DNA of 63,399 nucleotides from Bacteroidota bacterium (GTDB taxonomy: Bacteria > Bacteroidota > Bacteroidia > Bacteroidales > Paludibacteraceae): positions 1-63,399 of the forward strand of contig JBGXXV010000080.1 of assembly GCA_041814825.1 (NCBI GenBank). The letters run 5' to 3'. A model generated the notes under the pieces. That model was not told the DNA's origin and ran no database searches. It saw nothing but the letters and a program-made list of their open reading frames with translations. The translations under genes were made by a program, and so were the position numbers. Of the stretch, positions 40,422-51,400 are shown piece after piece; position 1 is the first letter of the stretch; every line of letters begins with the position of its first letter.

Positions 40422-41513
40422 GTGAAAAAGTTAGCAATTATATTATTATTGTATTCTGCTTGTGGATTAACGGCTCAAGATAAAATCAATTTGGTTTTCA
40501 ACGAGACTACTCACGAATTCGGTTCAATAGACGCATCCGAACGTGCTGTTGCTGTTTTCTCGTTTGTCAATGTTTCTGCCAAGCCTGTTTATATCTATCA
40601 CATAGAGGAAACCTACGGATGTTATATAATCTACCATAGCCGTCGCCCTGTAATTACCGGAGCGACCGGAACAGTAACTGTACAATACAACCATTTGGGA
40701 AACTACGGTAAATTCGACAAAAGCATTTATGTGAAAGTCAGCAACGGCACAGACAACCGCACGTTGGAGTTCAAGCTGACAGGCAATATTCTACCCTCCG
40801 CCGACAACAATAAAGATAAGTTTGTGTATCGACAAGACGGATTGGCTTTTAGAGAAATGGGAATGGATATAGGTGCCGTAATAAAAGGATTTGTGGCTAA
40901 CAAATCTTTTGAGATATACAATTATTCGTCCAAGCCGATACGATTGGATTTTAGCAATATCCCAAATTTTATATACATTACCAACGAAGGTGAGCGTACC
41001 ATTGGACCCGAAGAGACGGTAAAGATAAATGTAAAATACGATTCGGGCAAAGCCAAGTATTTTGGTCTGTTAACGAGCAATATACTTTTGAAGATTAATA
41101 AAAAAAATGAGGTTAAATTTCCGATAAAAGCTAATATTAAAGAAGATTTTTCGAGTGTGTCCGTATCCGATTTTCATAACAAACCCGAAATAAGAATCAC
41201 CCCCGACTATATTAATCTCGGCGAAATAGAGAGTGGCAAACTGTACAAAACAAAGCTAAAAATCGAAAACCGAGGCTCTTCGCCTTTAAAAATACACAAT
41301 ATTATAGCCCCTACACACACAACCTATTCTAAACCCAAAAATAATGTTTTGGATCCGGAGCAATCTGTTATATTGGAGCTAACCATTGAACCCGACAAGA
41401 CAAATATTTTCTCCGAAGAACAATTTATCCGGATTATCTCCAACGATTGCACCAATCCTATATTAGACGTATATATACAAGGTTGGAGCATTTCTTCTGT
41501 TTTTTATAAATAA
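40422..41513 (+). CDS. Multi-domain DUF1573-type (Ig-like) exported protein
   Basis: HEFGSI..FSFVNVS.KP, G.FDKSI and NRGSSPLKI..I.SND motifs; GTG start chosen because TAACTTTG at 40381 is a promoter element. Confidence 0.75.
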   Translation: MKKLAIILLLYSACGLTAQDKINLVFNETTHEFGSIDASERAVAVFSFVNVSAKPVYIYHIEETYGCYIIYHSRRPVITGATGTVTVQYNHLGNYGKFDKSIYVKVSNGTDNRTLEFKLTGNILPSADNNKDKFVYRQDGLAFREMGMDIGAVIKGFVANKSFEIYNYSSKPIRLDFSNIPNFIYITNEGERTIGPEETVKINVKYDSGKAKYFGLLTSNILLKINKKNEVKFPIKANIKEDFSSVSVSDFHNKPEIRITPDYINLGEIESGKLYKTKLKIENRGSSPLKIHNIIAPTHTTYSKPKNNVLDPEQSVILELTIEPDKTNIFSEEQFIRIISNDCTNPILDVYIQGWSISSVFYK

Positions 41514-41583
41514 AAAATATTAACTTTGCACCTCAATTGACACAGTCTATAAATTTTATTTTTTAACTATTAAAATAATTATA

Positions 41584-42765
41584 ATGAAAAAATTAACTTT
41601 TTTAACACTTTTTCTTGCCTTCTATTTGACAGGCTTTGCACAGAAAGACACAACAGGTTTTGTCTTTACCACAGTAAAAGAGAACAAAATTACTCCCGTA
41701 AAAAACCAAAATCGTTCATCTACATGCTGGTCGTATTCGGCATTAGGTTTTATAGAAGCGGAGCTTTTACGTATGAACAAAGGAGAACAAGATTTTTCGG
41801 AAATGTTTGTTGTATATCATACAATGATAGATAGGGCGGTTAATTATGTGCGTTTGCACGGCGAAAGCAGTTTTTCGCCGGGAGGCAGTTTTTATGACGT
41901 GTTATACTGCTGGAAACATTACGGAATAGTTCCCGACAAGGAGATGCCCGCCGGTGTGATGTATGGCGATACTCTTCCCAACCACAATGATTTAGATGCG
42001 GCAGCAAAAGCGTATGTAGATGTTATCGCCAACAGCAAATCTTCTAAATTGTCTTCTCTTTGGAAACAGCCTCTTTTTGCCATTTACGACACATATTTAG
42101 GCAAATTACCCAAAGAGTTTACCCATAAAGGCAAAAAATATACTCCAAAGACTTTCGCCGATAGTTTTGGTTTGAATATTGACGATTATGTGTCTCTTAC
42201 AAGTTATACCCACCATCCTTTTTATGAAGCTTTTTCTTTGGAAATACAAGACAATTGGAGAAATGCGAGGTCTTACAATTTGCCTATTTCGGAGCTTATG
42301 CAGGTTATGAATAATGCAGTGAATACCGGATATACCATTGCTTGGGGTTCTGATGTGAGCGAAGATGGTTTTACTCGTACAGGTATAGCCGTAATGCCCG
42401 ATGCCAAAAAAGGAGCCGAACTTACAGGTTCTGATATGGCTCGTTGGTTGGGTCTTTCGAAAGCAGACAAACGCTCGGAGCTTACAGCCAGACCATTGCC
42501 CGAAATGACCGTTACACAAGAAATGCGTCAAGAAGCGTATGATAATTGGGAAACTACCGATGACCACGGAATGCTGATTTACGGAATAGCAAAAGACCAA
42601 AACGGCAAGCAATATTTTATGGTAAAAAACTCTTGGGGCGAAGCCGGCAAATACAAAGGATTTTGGTATGCCTCCGAAGCTTTTGTTGCATACAAAACTA
42701 TGAATATTATTGTGCACAAAAATGCTATCCCAAAAGAAATTTTGAAAAAACTCAATTTGAAATAA
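41584..42765 (+). CDS. Exported C1 family cysteine aminopeptidase (PepC-like)
   Basis: VKNQNRSSTCWSYS, TDDHGM and VKNSWG catalytic motifs. Confidence 0.92.
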   Translation: MKKLTFLTLFLAFYLTGFAQKDTTGFVFTTVKENKITPVKNQNRSSTCWSYSALGFIEAELLRMNKGEQDFSEMFVVYHTMIDRAVNYVRLHGESSFSPGGSFYDVLYCWKHYGIVPDKEMPAGVMYGDTLPNHNDLDAAAKAYVDVIANSKSSKLSSLWKQPLFAIYDTYLGKLPKEFTHKGKKYTPKTFADSFGLNIDDYVSLTSYTHHPFYEAFSLEIQDNWRNARSYNLPISELMQVMNNAVNTGYTIAWGSDVSEDGFTRTGIAVMPDAKKGAELTGSDMARWLGLSKADKRSELTARPLPEMTVTQEMRQEAYDNWETTDDHGMLIYGIAKDQNGKQYFMVKNSWGEAGKYKGFWYASEAFVAYKTMNIIVHKNAIPKEILKKLNLK

Positions 42766-42774
42766 ATTTCGTAT

Positions 42775-42802
42775 AAAGGGCGTAAAATAAACGCCCTTTT
42801 TT
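42775..42802 (+). terminator. Terminator
   Basis: AAAGGGCGT/ACGCCCTTT stem followed by a T run. Confidence 0.75.
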
Positions 42803-42871
42803 GTTTGGAAATAAAATTATACCTTTGCAGAAAAAAATCATTATAATAAAATCAATTAAAAAAATAATTAT

Positions 42872-43927
42872 ATGAGTGCTCAAAATAATACTCCGTCTTC
42901 GGACAAACTCAAAGCTTTGCAGTTGGCAATGGATAAAATAGAAAAAGACCATGGCAAAGGTACTATTATGAAGTTAGGCGACAACAATATAGAGGATATA
43001 GGTATTATTCCGACCGGCTCTATTGGGCTGAATGCGGCTTTGGGTGTAGGAGGTTATCCGAGAGGAAGAATAATAGAGATTTATGGACCCGAATCGAGCG
43101 GAAAGACTACTCTTGCCATTCACGCTATTTCGGAGGCACAGAAGGCGGGCGGTATTGCTGCAATTATAGATGCGGAACACGCTTTTGACAGATTTTATGC
43201 AAAGCAGCTTGGTGTCGATGTGGACAATTTACTTATTTCCCAACCCGACTCGGGCGAACAGGCATTAGAAATAGCCGACCAACTTATTCGTTCGTCTGCA
43301 TTGGATATTCTTGTAATAGATTCGGTGGCGGCACTTACACCCAAAGCAGAATTGGAAGGAGATATGGGAGATAATAAAGTAGGGCTTCAAGCCAGATTGA
43401 TGTCTCAGGCTTTACGTAAGCTCACGGCTTCTATCTCACGTACTAATACCACTTGCATTTTTATAAATCAACTTCGTGAAAAAATTGGTGTTATGTTCGG
43501 TTCGCCCGAAACTACTACCGGAGGTAATGCATTGAAATTTTATGCTTCCGTTCGTTTAGATATACGTCGTATAGGTGCCATTAAAGAGGGCGAAAATCAG
43601 TTGGGCAATCAGACTCGTGTAAAAGTTGTGAAAAACAAGGTTGCTCCTCCTTTTAAAAAAGCCGAATTTGATATTATGTTCGGACAAGGTATTTCTCGCA
43701 GTAGCGAAATTATTGATTTAGGAGTCGATTTTGGCATAATCAAAAAGAGCGGTTCGTGGTTTTCGTATGGAGATAGTAAGTTGGCACAGGGGCGAGATGC
43801 TTCCAAGAAAATAATAGAGGATAATCCTGAGTTGGCACAAGAGATAGAAGACAAAATAATGCTTGCTCTAAAAGAGAATAAAGAGGCTCCCAAAGAGACA
43901 AAAAAAGAGAAAGACAACAAAGAGTAA
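42872..43927 (+). CDS. recA: Recombinase RecA
   Basis: [25 protein letters not shown] and [14 protein letters not shown] motifs. Confidence 0.99.
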   Translation: MSAQNNTPSSDKLKALQLAMDKIEKDHGKGTIMKLGDNNIEDIGIIPTGSIGLNAALGVGGYPRGRIIEIYGPESSGKTTLAIHAISEAQKAGGIAAIIDAEHAFDRFYAKQLGVDVDNLLISQPDSGEQALEIADQLIRSSALDILVIDSVAALTPKAELEGDMGDNKVGLQARLMSQALRKLTASISRTNTTCIFINQLREKIGVMFGSPETTTGGNALKFYASVRLDIRRIGAIKEGENQLGNQTRVKVVKNKVAPPFKKAEFDIMFGQGISRSSEIIDLGVDFGIIKKSGSWFSYGDSKLAQGRDASKKIIEDNPELAQEIEDKIMLALKENKEAPKETKKEKDNKE

Positions 43928-43979
43928 ATATTTTTTGTTTTGTATTTTTGAAAAAAATATTAATTTTGCAATTCGTTTT

Positions 43980-44022
43980 GTGCAACCTCTGATAGAAATA
44001 GAGTTGTCTATGAATGTTGCAC
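43980..44022 (+). promoter_or_regulatory. Structured 5' leader of rplS (candidate r-protein leader)
   Basis: GTGCAAC/GTTGCAC outer stem with an inner CTCT/AGAG hairpin, between TAATTTTG (43961) and the ATG. Confidence 0.4.
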
Positions 44023-44051
44023 TTAGTATAAATATAAATGATTGAATGTAA

Positions 44052-44399
44052 ATGGATTTAATTAAGATTGCAGAACAAGCTTTTGCCTCGGGTCAAGAGC
44101 ATCCTAAATTTAAAAGCGGAGATACTATTACAGTCGCTTATAGAATTAAAGAAGGAAATAAAGAGCGTGAGCAATTGTATCGCGGGGTAGTTATTAAAAT
44201 TGTCGGACATGGCGACAAAAAACGCTTTACGGTACGTAAAATATCGGATAACGTAGGTGTAGAGAGAATTTTTCCTATGGATTCTCCTTTTATCAGTAGC
44301 ATCGTTGTAAATAAAGTCGGTAAAGTACGCCGTGCCAAACTATACTACTTGCGTGAAAGAACCGGTAAAAAAGCTCGTATCAAAGAGAAAAGAGTTTAA
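44052..44399 (+). CDS. rplS: 50S ribosomal protein L19
   Basis: [21 protein letters not shown] and [12 protein letters not shown] motifs. Confidence 0.98.
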   Translation: MDLIKIAEQAFASGQEHPKFKSGDTITVAYRIKEGNKEREQLYRGVVIKIVGHGDKKRFTVRKISDNVGVERIFPMDSPFISSIVVNKVGKVRRAKLYYLRERTGKKARIKEKRV

Positions 44400-44417
44400 T
44401 TTCAATCTTTTGACAAT

Positions 44418-44449
44418 AAAAATCGTCATCTTATATGGCGATTTTTTTA
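44418..44449 (+). terminator. Terminator after rplS
   Basis: AAAATCGTCAT/ATGGCGATTTT stem followed by a T run. Confidence 0.7.
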
Positions 44450-44627
44450 TTACACAATAAGAGCAAGGAGAATATCATTTTTTTCAAAAAAAATAAATAC
44501 GAAAGATTTTATTACTTTTGTATTTATTTTTTGTTTCACACTAACACTTTTATTATCAAACGATTTATAGTTGTTTAATAATAAGAAAAATATTTTACTG
44601 ATTTTATTAAACTCAAAATAGTCTCTA

Positions 44628-46706
44628 ATGATCGACCCTCAGACCGTTGCCCGAATACACGATGCCGCCAAGATAGAGGAGGTAGTAGGCGATTTTGTCT
44701 CGCTCAAAAAACGTGGGGCAAACCTCGTGGGTTTATGTCCGTTTCATAACGAGAAGACGGGGTCGTTCAACGTATCGCCTGCAAGGGGCATATTCAAGTG
44801 CTTCGGCTGTGGCGAAGGAGGCAACTCGGTACGGTTTATAATGCGACACGAACATCTATCGTACCCCGATGCACTACGTTATTTGGCAAAAAAATATCAT
44901 ATCGAAATAGTCGAAAAAGAGCTTACCGACGAAGAGAAATCGCTCCTGTCAGACCGCGACAATATGCTAAATATAAGCGAGTTTGCGTCAATATATTTTG
45001 CAAAAAATCTCGAAAAAGACGAGGGCAGAGCCATAGGCAAATCTTACTTTTACGAGCGTGGCTTTTCTGACGATATTATCAAAAAATTTGGGTTGGGCTA
45101 CTCTATCGACAGCTACGACGACCTGTGCAACGAAGCACGCAAACGTGGCTATGCAGACGACTACCTCATCAAAACGGGTCTTGCATACAAAAACGACCGA
45201 GGCGAACTCGTCGATAGGTTTCGCGGACGAGTGATATTTCCCATTCATTCGCTTGCAGGTAAGGTTATTGGCTTCGGAGGCAGGATTTTGGCGAAAAACG
45301 ACAAAATCGCCAAGTATGTCAATTCGCCGGAGAGCGAAATCTATAACAAGAGCAACGAACTGTACGGCATATTTTTTGCAAAAAATCAGATAGTAAAACA
45401 AGACCGCTGTTTCCTTGTGGAGGGCTATACCGACGTTATTTCGATGCACCAAGCAGGCATAGAGAATGTGGTATCGTCGTCGGGTACGTCGCTTACCGAA
45501 GGGCAGATAAAACTGATACACCGTTTTACACAAAATATCACCGTCATCTACGACGGCGACGCTGCGGGTATTAAGGCTTCGATACGCGGAATAGATATGT
45601 TGCTCGAAAACGGTATGAATATAAAAGTGGTACTACTACCCGACGGCGACGACCCCGACAGTTTTGCAAAAAAAAACAACGCATCGGATTTCATAGAGTA
45701 TATCGGGCAACATCAAGTCGATTTTATAGAGTTCAAAATCAACTTGTTGAAAGACGATGCAAAAAACGACCCCGTCAAAAAGGCGGCAATGATAGGCGAT
45801 GTGATACGGTCGATAGCCATCATTCCAAACCAAATAGTAAGAGCCACTTACGCCAAAGAGTGTGCCTTCCGCCTCGATATAGAGGAGTCCATTGTTTATA
45901 ACGAAATAAACAAGATACTTCGTAAACGTCGCGAAGAAGAGTTTAAACGACAAGAGGCACAGAGCAATAGAGAAGCAAACATTACCGCTCAACAAAACAC
46001 AGATTATCAGAACAATACTCAACCGACAGAAACACTACCGCCTCTACGAACGACCAAACGCGATGCCCTCTACAAACACGAAAAGGAGCTTATCCGCTTT
46101 GTGATACGTGACGGACAGAAACATCTGGTGCAGGACACCAACGAAAAAGGTTATCTTAATGTGGGAGAATATATTTATCAATCACTGAAAAGTAGCAATT
46201 TATCGCTACGTAATGAGGTTTTTGCACAAATACTCGAAGAGTTTTATCAACTGAATAACAAAGAGTGGTTTAATGTCGAAAACTATTTTCAGTATCATCA
46301 GGACGGTAATATAAGTGCCCTTGCAATCGAGTTTTTGACCGACAAATATATTGCCGGCAAAAAGGAGAGCAACGCCGATAAAGCCGACGAAATAGAGGTG
46401 CCCGACATTATTGAGGGCGACGAACGTAGTCTGATACGGCACAACTTCGCCAAACTTCGTAAGGCTAAGGAGATGGACAAAAAGCGACTCGAAGAGGAGG
46501 AGTCGATGCGAAGGTACAAACTTTCGCTCGACAAGATAATAATAGAGTATGTCAATGCTCTGCTCAACAACGAGTTGTCGAAGTACTTAAAAGAGCTGCA
46601 AAGCTCCGGCAATAAGCAAGTTGAAGAGTATATGGCGGTGCTAAATCAACGTTACAACCTTATCCAAGAACATCTTAAAAACAGGGTGATAGTAAAAATA
46701 AAATGA
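44628..46706 (+). CDS. dnaG: DNA primase
   Basis: CPFHNEKT..CFGCG zinc finger; RFRGRVIFPI, KYVNSPE, VEGYTDV, YDGDAAG and DPD TOPRIM motifs. Confidence 0.97.
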   Translation: MIDPQTVARIHDAAKIEEVVGDFVSLKKRGANLVGLCPFHNEKTGSFNVSPARGIFKCFGCGEGGNSVRFIMRHEHLSYPDALRYLAKKYHIEIVEKELTDEEKSLLSDRDNMLNISEFASIYFAKNLEKDEGRAIGKSYFYERGFSDDIIKKFGLGYSIDSYDDLCNEARKRGYADDYLIKTGLAYKNDRGELVDRFRGRVIFPIHSLAGKVIGFGGRILAKNDKIAKYVNSPESEIYNKSNELYGIFFAKNQIVKQDRCFLVEGYTDVISMHQAGIENVVSSSGTSLTEGQIKLIHRFTQNITVIYDGDAAGIKASIRGIDMLLENGMNIKVVLLPDGDDPDSFAKKNNASDFIEYIGQHQVDFIEFKINLLKDDAKNDPVKKAAMIGDVIRSIAIIPNQIVRATYAKECAFRLDIEESIVYNEINKILRKRREEEFKRQEAQSNREANITAQQNTDYQNNTQPTETLPPLRTTKRDALYKHEKELIRFVIRDGQKHLVQDTNEKGYLNVGEYIYQSLKSSNLSLRNEVFAQILEEFYQLNNKEWFNVENYFQYHQDGNISALAIEFLTDKYIAGKKESNADKADEIEVPDIIEGDERSLIRHNFAKLRKAKEMDKKRLEEEESMRRYKLSLDKIIIEYVNALLNNELSKYLKELQSSGNKQVEEYMAVLNQRYNLIQEHLKNRVIVKIK

Positions 46707-46732
46707 GGCTTGCCCAAAGCAAACCTCATTAG

Positions 46733-46806
46733 TGACTCATAAGGGATTCAAACCCCTAACCTTCTGATCCGTAGTCAGATGCTCTATTCAGTTGAGCTAA
46801 TGAGCC
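46733..46806 (-). tRNA. tRNA-Arg(ACG)
   Basis: Reverse complement GGCTCATTAGCTCAACTGAATAGAGCATCTGACTACGGATCAGAAGGTTAGGGGTTTGAATCCCTTATGAGTCA; T-loop reads TTTGAAT. Confidence 0.93.
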
Positions 46807-46939
46807 ATCATTTTTTGGTTATGCAAAGGTAATACATTTTTTTTGTTCCGCAAAATATTATTCTTTAATTTTGCTCAATAATATTATTTAACCTAACTTT
46901 GTACATTTATTTTACAGAAAATACACATAACATAAGACA

Positions 46940-48154
46940 ATGGATAATCAATTTAAACTCAACACCATACCGGAAGCTCTCGAAGACTTCAAAGCGGGTA
47001 AATTTCTCATTGTAGTAGATGACGAAGACCGTGAGAACGAAGGCGATTTTATTATAGCAGCCGAAAAAATCACACCTGAGGCTGTCAATTTTATGCTTAT
47101 CAACGGTCGTGGAGTGCTTTGCGTGCCTATTACCGAGGAGCGTTGCAACGAACTCGAATTGCCGAAGCAGGTGTACGACAATACCTCTATTCACGGCACT
47201 CCTTTTACGGTTACGGTCGATAAAATCGAGGGGTGTACCACAGGAGTAAGTGCCGAAGACAGAGCAGCTACCATTCGTGCCTTAGCCGACCCAACCTCTA
47301 CTCCGCAGACTTTTGGTCGTCCGGGACACATAAATCCGCTATACGCTCGTTCGCGTGGAGTACTTCGTAGAGCAGGACATACCGAAGCGGCGGTTGACCT
47401 CGCTCGCTTGTCGGGGTTATATCCGGCTGCCGCTCTCATCGAGATAATGAACGAAGATGGCACTATGGCACGTATGCCTCAACTTATAGAGACGGCGAAA
47501 AAGTTCAATATCAAGATAATAACCATAAAAGACCTTATCGCCTACCGCCTCAACGAAGAGAGTCTTGTGGAGCGTGTAGCCGAGTCGAACCTGCCGACGG
47601 CTTATGGTAATTTCAGAATTATTACCTTTCGTCAGAAGAGCAACGGACTCGAACATATTGCCCTTACCAAAGGCGATATAGACGGCAACGAACCGATGCT
47701 TGTACGCGTCCATTCATCGTGTGTTACAGGCGACATATTCGCTTCGAGTCGCTGTGATTGCGGAGAGCAGCTGCATAAAGCTATGGAGCTAATCGAAAAA
47801 GAGGGCAAAGGGCTGGTAATATATATGAATCAAGAGGGACGTGGCATTGGGCTTACCAACAAAATAAAGGCTTATGCACTACAAGACAAAGGTTTGGATA
47901 CGGTCGATGCCAATCTGCACCTTGGATTTAAGGCGGACGAGCGCGACTACGGTGTCGGTGCCTCGATACTTCGTAGTCTGGGCGTGGGCAAGATGCGTCT
48001 TATGACCAACAATCCCGTAAAACGTATCGGATTGGAGTCGCACGGATTGGAGATAACAGAGATAGTACCTATCGAGATTACGGCTAATGAGCATAACAAA
48101 CATTATCTAAAAACAAAAAAAGAGAAGTTGGGACATATATTGAACAAACTGTAA
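46940..48154 (+). CDS. ribBA: Bifunctional 3,4-dihydroxy-2-butanone-4-phosphate synthase/GTP cyclohydrolase II
   Basis: [43 protein letters not shown] and QEGRGIGL motifs. Confidence 0.97.
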   Translation: MDNQFKLNTIPEALEDFKAGKFLIVVDDEDRENEGDFIIAAEKITPEAVNFMLINGRGVLCVPITEERCNELELPKQVYDNTSIHGTPFTVTVDKIEGCTTGVSAEDRAATIRALADPTSTPQTFGRPGHINPLYARSRGVLRRAGHTEAAVDLARLSGLYPAAALIEIMNEDGTMARMPQLIETAKKFNIKIITIKDLIAYRLNEESLVERVAESNLPTAYGNFRIITFRQKSNGLEHIALTKGDIDGNEPMLVRVHSSCVTGDIFASSRCDCGEQLHKAMELIEKEGKGLVIYMNQEGRGIGLTNKIKAYALQDKGLDTVDANLHLGFKADERDYGVGASILRSLGVGKMRLMTNNPVKRIGLESHGLEITEIVPIEITANEHNKHYLKTKKEKLGHILNKL

Positions 48155-48182
48155 CAACACTTTTTTGCCTAACCTATCAACT

Positions 48183-48338
48183 AAAAGGTTGCTAACCTGT
48201 TTCGAGGCAGCAACCTTTTTATTATTAACCTGCAAACTAATTATTTCCCCAAGAACGGATATTTGTAATCAGTCGGGTGCGACAAGTGTCTCTTTGATTG
48301 TACGAGGCGAAGCCCAACGCACAAGATTGAGGTAAGAG
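48183..48338. repeat. Direct repeat copy A: pruA 3' end plus terminator
   Basis: Aligns by eye with 55673-55827; 54-nt identical core 48223-48276 = 55713-55766. Confidence 0.92.
48241..48338 (-). pseudogene. Orphan 3'-terminal fragment of pruA with a +1 frameshift
   Basis: Translates SYLNLVRWASPRTIKETLVAP[+1]TDYKYPFLGK* versus SYLNLVRWISPRTIKETLVPPTDYKYPFLGK* in intact pruA. Confidence 0.85.
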
Positions 48339-48357
48339 GCCTGACTAAGATAAAACA

Positions 48358-49467
48358 TCAACTTCTTTTCCGATAGCTCAATACTGCCCAACAATTGAAA
48401 AACATTGCCAATGCACATAGCGGATAAAAAATATGCTGCATATCATAAAAAGTTACACCTTTGAGGTAAACCATTCGCAAAGACTGAATAAAATATTTCA
48501 ATGGACTGACATTACCTATCAACTGCATCCATTCGGGCATATTACTAAATGGGGTGAAAAGTCCGCTTAAATATATCATCGTTACCACAAAAAAGAACAT
48601 AATGAAAATTGCCTGTTGAACATTGCCCGAATGATTGGAAACAATCAGCCCAAACCCCGAAATGCACAAGATAAATATAATAGCAAAAAGATATATCAGC
48701 AAAATCGAACCTTTGGGCAATATACCATAAAACAAAAATGCCGACAACATACTAAGCGAGATAACCACAAAGCCGGCTACCCAATAAGGAATAAGTTTAG
48801 AGAGAATTAATGTAAATTTGCCAACGGGCGTTACGTTCATCTGCTCGATAGTACCGTTTTCCTTTTCGCTTACGATATTCAGAGTTGGCAAGAATCCACA
48901 TATCAGCGTTAGCATCATTGCCATAAGTGCCGGTATCATAAATGATTTGTAATTTAAATTAGGATTGAATCGGAAAATCGGACGTACCTCTATTGTCGGT
49001 TTGGCTTTAACGATTTCGGGTAGTTGTTTTGCAATCAAATCGCCATTGAAATCGGCAATAATGTTTGTGAGGTATGCTGAACCGAGACCGCCCTTCATTA
49101 CATTGACCGTGTTGGCAGAAATCATTACGTTACCCCGATTCTCGCGGAGGAGACTTTGCTGAAACTTTTGAGGTATTTCGAGTAAAATGTCTGAACTGCC
49201 TCGTTCGATGCTTTTCATCGCTGCTTCGGTATTGTCGAAATAGCCGCTGATATGGAAGTTGCCCGACGAAACAATTTTTTCCCGTATCTGTCGTGATGTT
49301 TGGCTTAGGTCATTATCAACCACGGCAAGCGATACATTTTTTACATCCATATCGGCTATCAACGGAAATACCGCCAATACCAGAAAGGGCCACGCTATTA
49401 CCATTTTGGGCAAAAAACCGTTTCTTAAAAACTGTTTAAACTCTTTTTCCAACAAATATCGCAACAT
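48358..49467 (-). CDS. ABC-2 type transporter permease (YbhR-like)
   Basis: LLEKEFKQ, FNPNLNY..FMIP and IVSEKENGTIEQMNVTP motifs; six transmembrane segments. Confidence 0.9.
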   Translation of the reverse strand: MLRYLLEKEFKQFLRNGFLPKMVIAWPFLVLAVFPLIADMDVKNVSLAVVDNDLSQTSRQIREKIVSSGNFHISGYFDNTEAAMKSIERGSSDILLEIPQKFQQSLLRENRGNVMISANTVNVMKGGLGSAYLTNIIADFNGDLIAKQLPEIVKAKPTIEVRPIFRFNPNLNYKSFMIPALMAMMLTLICGFLPTLNIVSEKENGTIEQMNVTPVGKFTLILSKLIPYWVAGFVVISLSMLSAFLFYGILPKGSILLIYLFAIIFILCISGFGLIVSNHSGNVQQAIFIMFFFVVTMIYLSGLFTPFSNMPEWMQLIGNVSPLKYFIQSLRMVYLKGVTFYDMQHIFYPLCALAMFFNCWAVLSYRKRS

Positions 49468-49492
49468 AATTATTCGATTTTTAAACAGATTG

Positions 49493-50641
49493 TCATTCAA
49501 TTCTTTTATTAAACTTTTTCACACTTATTATCAATAGACACAGAGCCATTCCGCTTAGAACGGTCAATTCTTTTGATATGGCTGCAATACCGACACCTTT
49601 TATCATCACATTGCGAACTGCTTCTATAAACCATTTGGCAGGGACTATATATGCAAACCACTGTAAAACAAGTGGCATATTTTCAATCGGGAAAATCATT
49701 CCGGACAGCATCAACGTTAGCATTATCCCTACTACAACCGAAACAAGCAGAGCAACAATTTGCGAAGGTGCAACAATAGAGATAAGCACTCCGAGCGACA
49801 GACAAACAAAGATAAAAACCAAAGATAAGCCTATAAGTAAACCTAAACTCCCCACAATCGGCACTTTGAGCACAAAAACCGAAAGCAACAATACCGTTGT
49901 AAGGTTAAACAGCGATAAAATGAAATATGGGGCGGTTTTGGACAGAATTATTGTTATAGGTTTTATGGGCGAAACGAGTAGTACCTCCATCGAACCGGTC
50001 TCTTTTTCGCGGGCAATGGCCACGGAAGTCATCAGTGTGCAAATCAGCATCAAGACCATTCCCAAAACACCCGGAACAATATTGTATGTGCCTTTCATTG
50101 TAGGATTGTATAAAAGTTTTAGTTCGCAATTTATACGTGGCAGAGATGTACCTGCCTGATTCGGGGTATTGATTGTTGCTATCGGGCTACGGTTGATAAT
50201 AACAGTTGCATAATTGACAAGAGTTGATGCGGTGTTGGGGTCTGAACCGTCGGCAATCAGTTGAATGTTTGCATTACCACGATTGAGATTTTCATTAAAT
50301 CGCGGTTCAAAAACCACTACAATCCCAATATCTCCTTTTTTCAAGGTTTGTTCTATGTCCGAAATATCGGAAAGATAGCGGTCGATAATAAAATACTCGC
50401 TTGTGGATAGGTTATTGACTATTTGCTGCGTTGCCACATCTCTCGAAGGGTCGAATACCGCTACACGGGTATTTCTGATTTCGGTACTAATGCCAAAACC
50501 AAAAAGTATAAGCATTATAATGGGTAGTATCAGCAAGATAATCATTGTCCAAGTATCTCGAAAAATATAGCGGAACTCTTTTTTGAAAAACGCTATAAAC
50601 AGCGATTTTGCCCTTGTCTGTTTCGATTTGGATATCTTCAT
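49493..50641 (-). CDS. ABC-2 type transporter permease (YbhS-like)
   Basis: KKEFRYIFRD, ADGSDPN, IAREKETGSMEVLLVSP and LSGMIFPIENMP motifs. Confidence 0.9.
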   Translation of the reverse strand: MKISKSKQTRAKSLFIAFFKKEFRYIFRDTWTMIILLILPIIMLILFGFGISTEIRNTRVAVFDPSRDVATQQIVNNLSTSEYFIIDRYLSDISDIEQTLKKGDIGIVVVFEPRFNENLNRGNANIQLIADGSDPNTASTLVNYATVIINRSPIATINTPNQAGTSLPRINCELKLLYNPTMKGTYNIVPGVLGMVLMLICTLMTSVAIAREKETGSMEVLLVSPIKPITIILSKTAPYFILSLFNLTTVLLLSVFVLKVPIVGSLGLLIGLSLVFIFVCLSLGVLISIVAPSQIVALLVSVVVGIMLTLMLSGMIFPIENMPLVLQWFAYIVPAKWFIEAVRNVMIKGVGIAAISKELTVLSGMALCLLIISVKKFNKRIE

Positions 50642-50656
50642 CTTAAATTATTTTTG

Positions 50657-51400
50657 TTAGTTATCGCCTCTTTTTGCTACTCTTGCCAATTTTGTAAAAA
50701 CCTCGTCCATAGAAGCTGCCCCAAATTGCTGTTTTAGGTTGGTAGGTGTATCAAGAGCTTCTATTCTTCCGTCAACCATAATGGAAATGCGGTTACAATA
50801 CTCGGCTTCGTCCATATAGTGGGTTGTAACAAATACGGTTATGCCATCGGAAGCAGCTTTGTAAATCAGTTCCCAAAACTGACGACGCGATGCAGGGTCA
50901 ACGCCTCCCGTAGGCTCGTCTAAAAATACAATTTCGGGACGGTGGATAATGGAGATAGAAAATGCCAATTTCTGTTTCCAACCGAGAGGCAACTCTTTTA
51001 CAAGGGTGTTCTTTTCGTTCTCAAAATTTAAGGCAACAAGCATTTTGTCGATTATCTCCGTGATTTCCCTACGTGGTACTCCGTAAATACCTGCATACAA
51101 CCGCATATTTTCCCAAACTTTCAGGTCTTCGTAGAGTGCAAATTTTTGGCTCATATAGCCAATGTGTTTTTTCACTTCTTCGGATTGCTGCGATATATCG
51201 AAACCCGCGACAGTTCCGCCTCCCAAGGTAGGTTTGCTCAATCCGCACAATATACGCATAGCGGTAGTTTTACCGGCTCCATTGGCACCCAGAAAACCAA
51301 ATATTTCGCCTTTTTCTACCTCAAAACTTATATTGTCCACTGCGATAAAGTCGCCGAAACGTTTGGTTAGATTTGTTATTTGTATTACTGCGTTTTTCAT
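50657..51400 (-). CDS. ABC transporter ATP-binding protein
   Basis: Walker A GANGAGKT; LPLGWKQK signature; LDEPT; ATGA overlap with the upstream gene. Confidence 0.93.
   Translation of the reverse strand: MKNAVIQITNLTKRFGDFIAVDNISFEVEKGEIFGFLGANGAGKTTAMRILCGLSKPTLGGGTVAGFDISQQSEEVKKHIGYMSQKFALYEDLKVWENMRLYAGIYGVPRREITEIIDKMLVALNFENEKNTLVKELPLGWKQKLAFSISIIHRPEIVFLDEPTGGVDPASRRQFWELIYKAASDGITVFVTTHYMDEAEYCNRISIMVDGRIEALDTPTNLKQQFGAASMDEVFTKLARVAKRGDN

Noticed and set aside
46733-46806. Non-canonical TTTGAAT T-loop in tRNA-Arg as a sign of a pseudo-tRNA
   Set aside because: All stems pair and a promoter element is present; treated as a functional variant
46807-46939. FMN riboswitch before ribBA (and preQ1 riboswitch before queG)
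   Set aside because: The leaders are short and AT-rich and lack the conserved aptamer motifs
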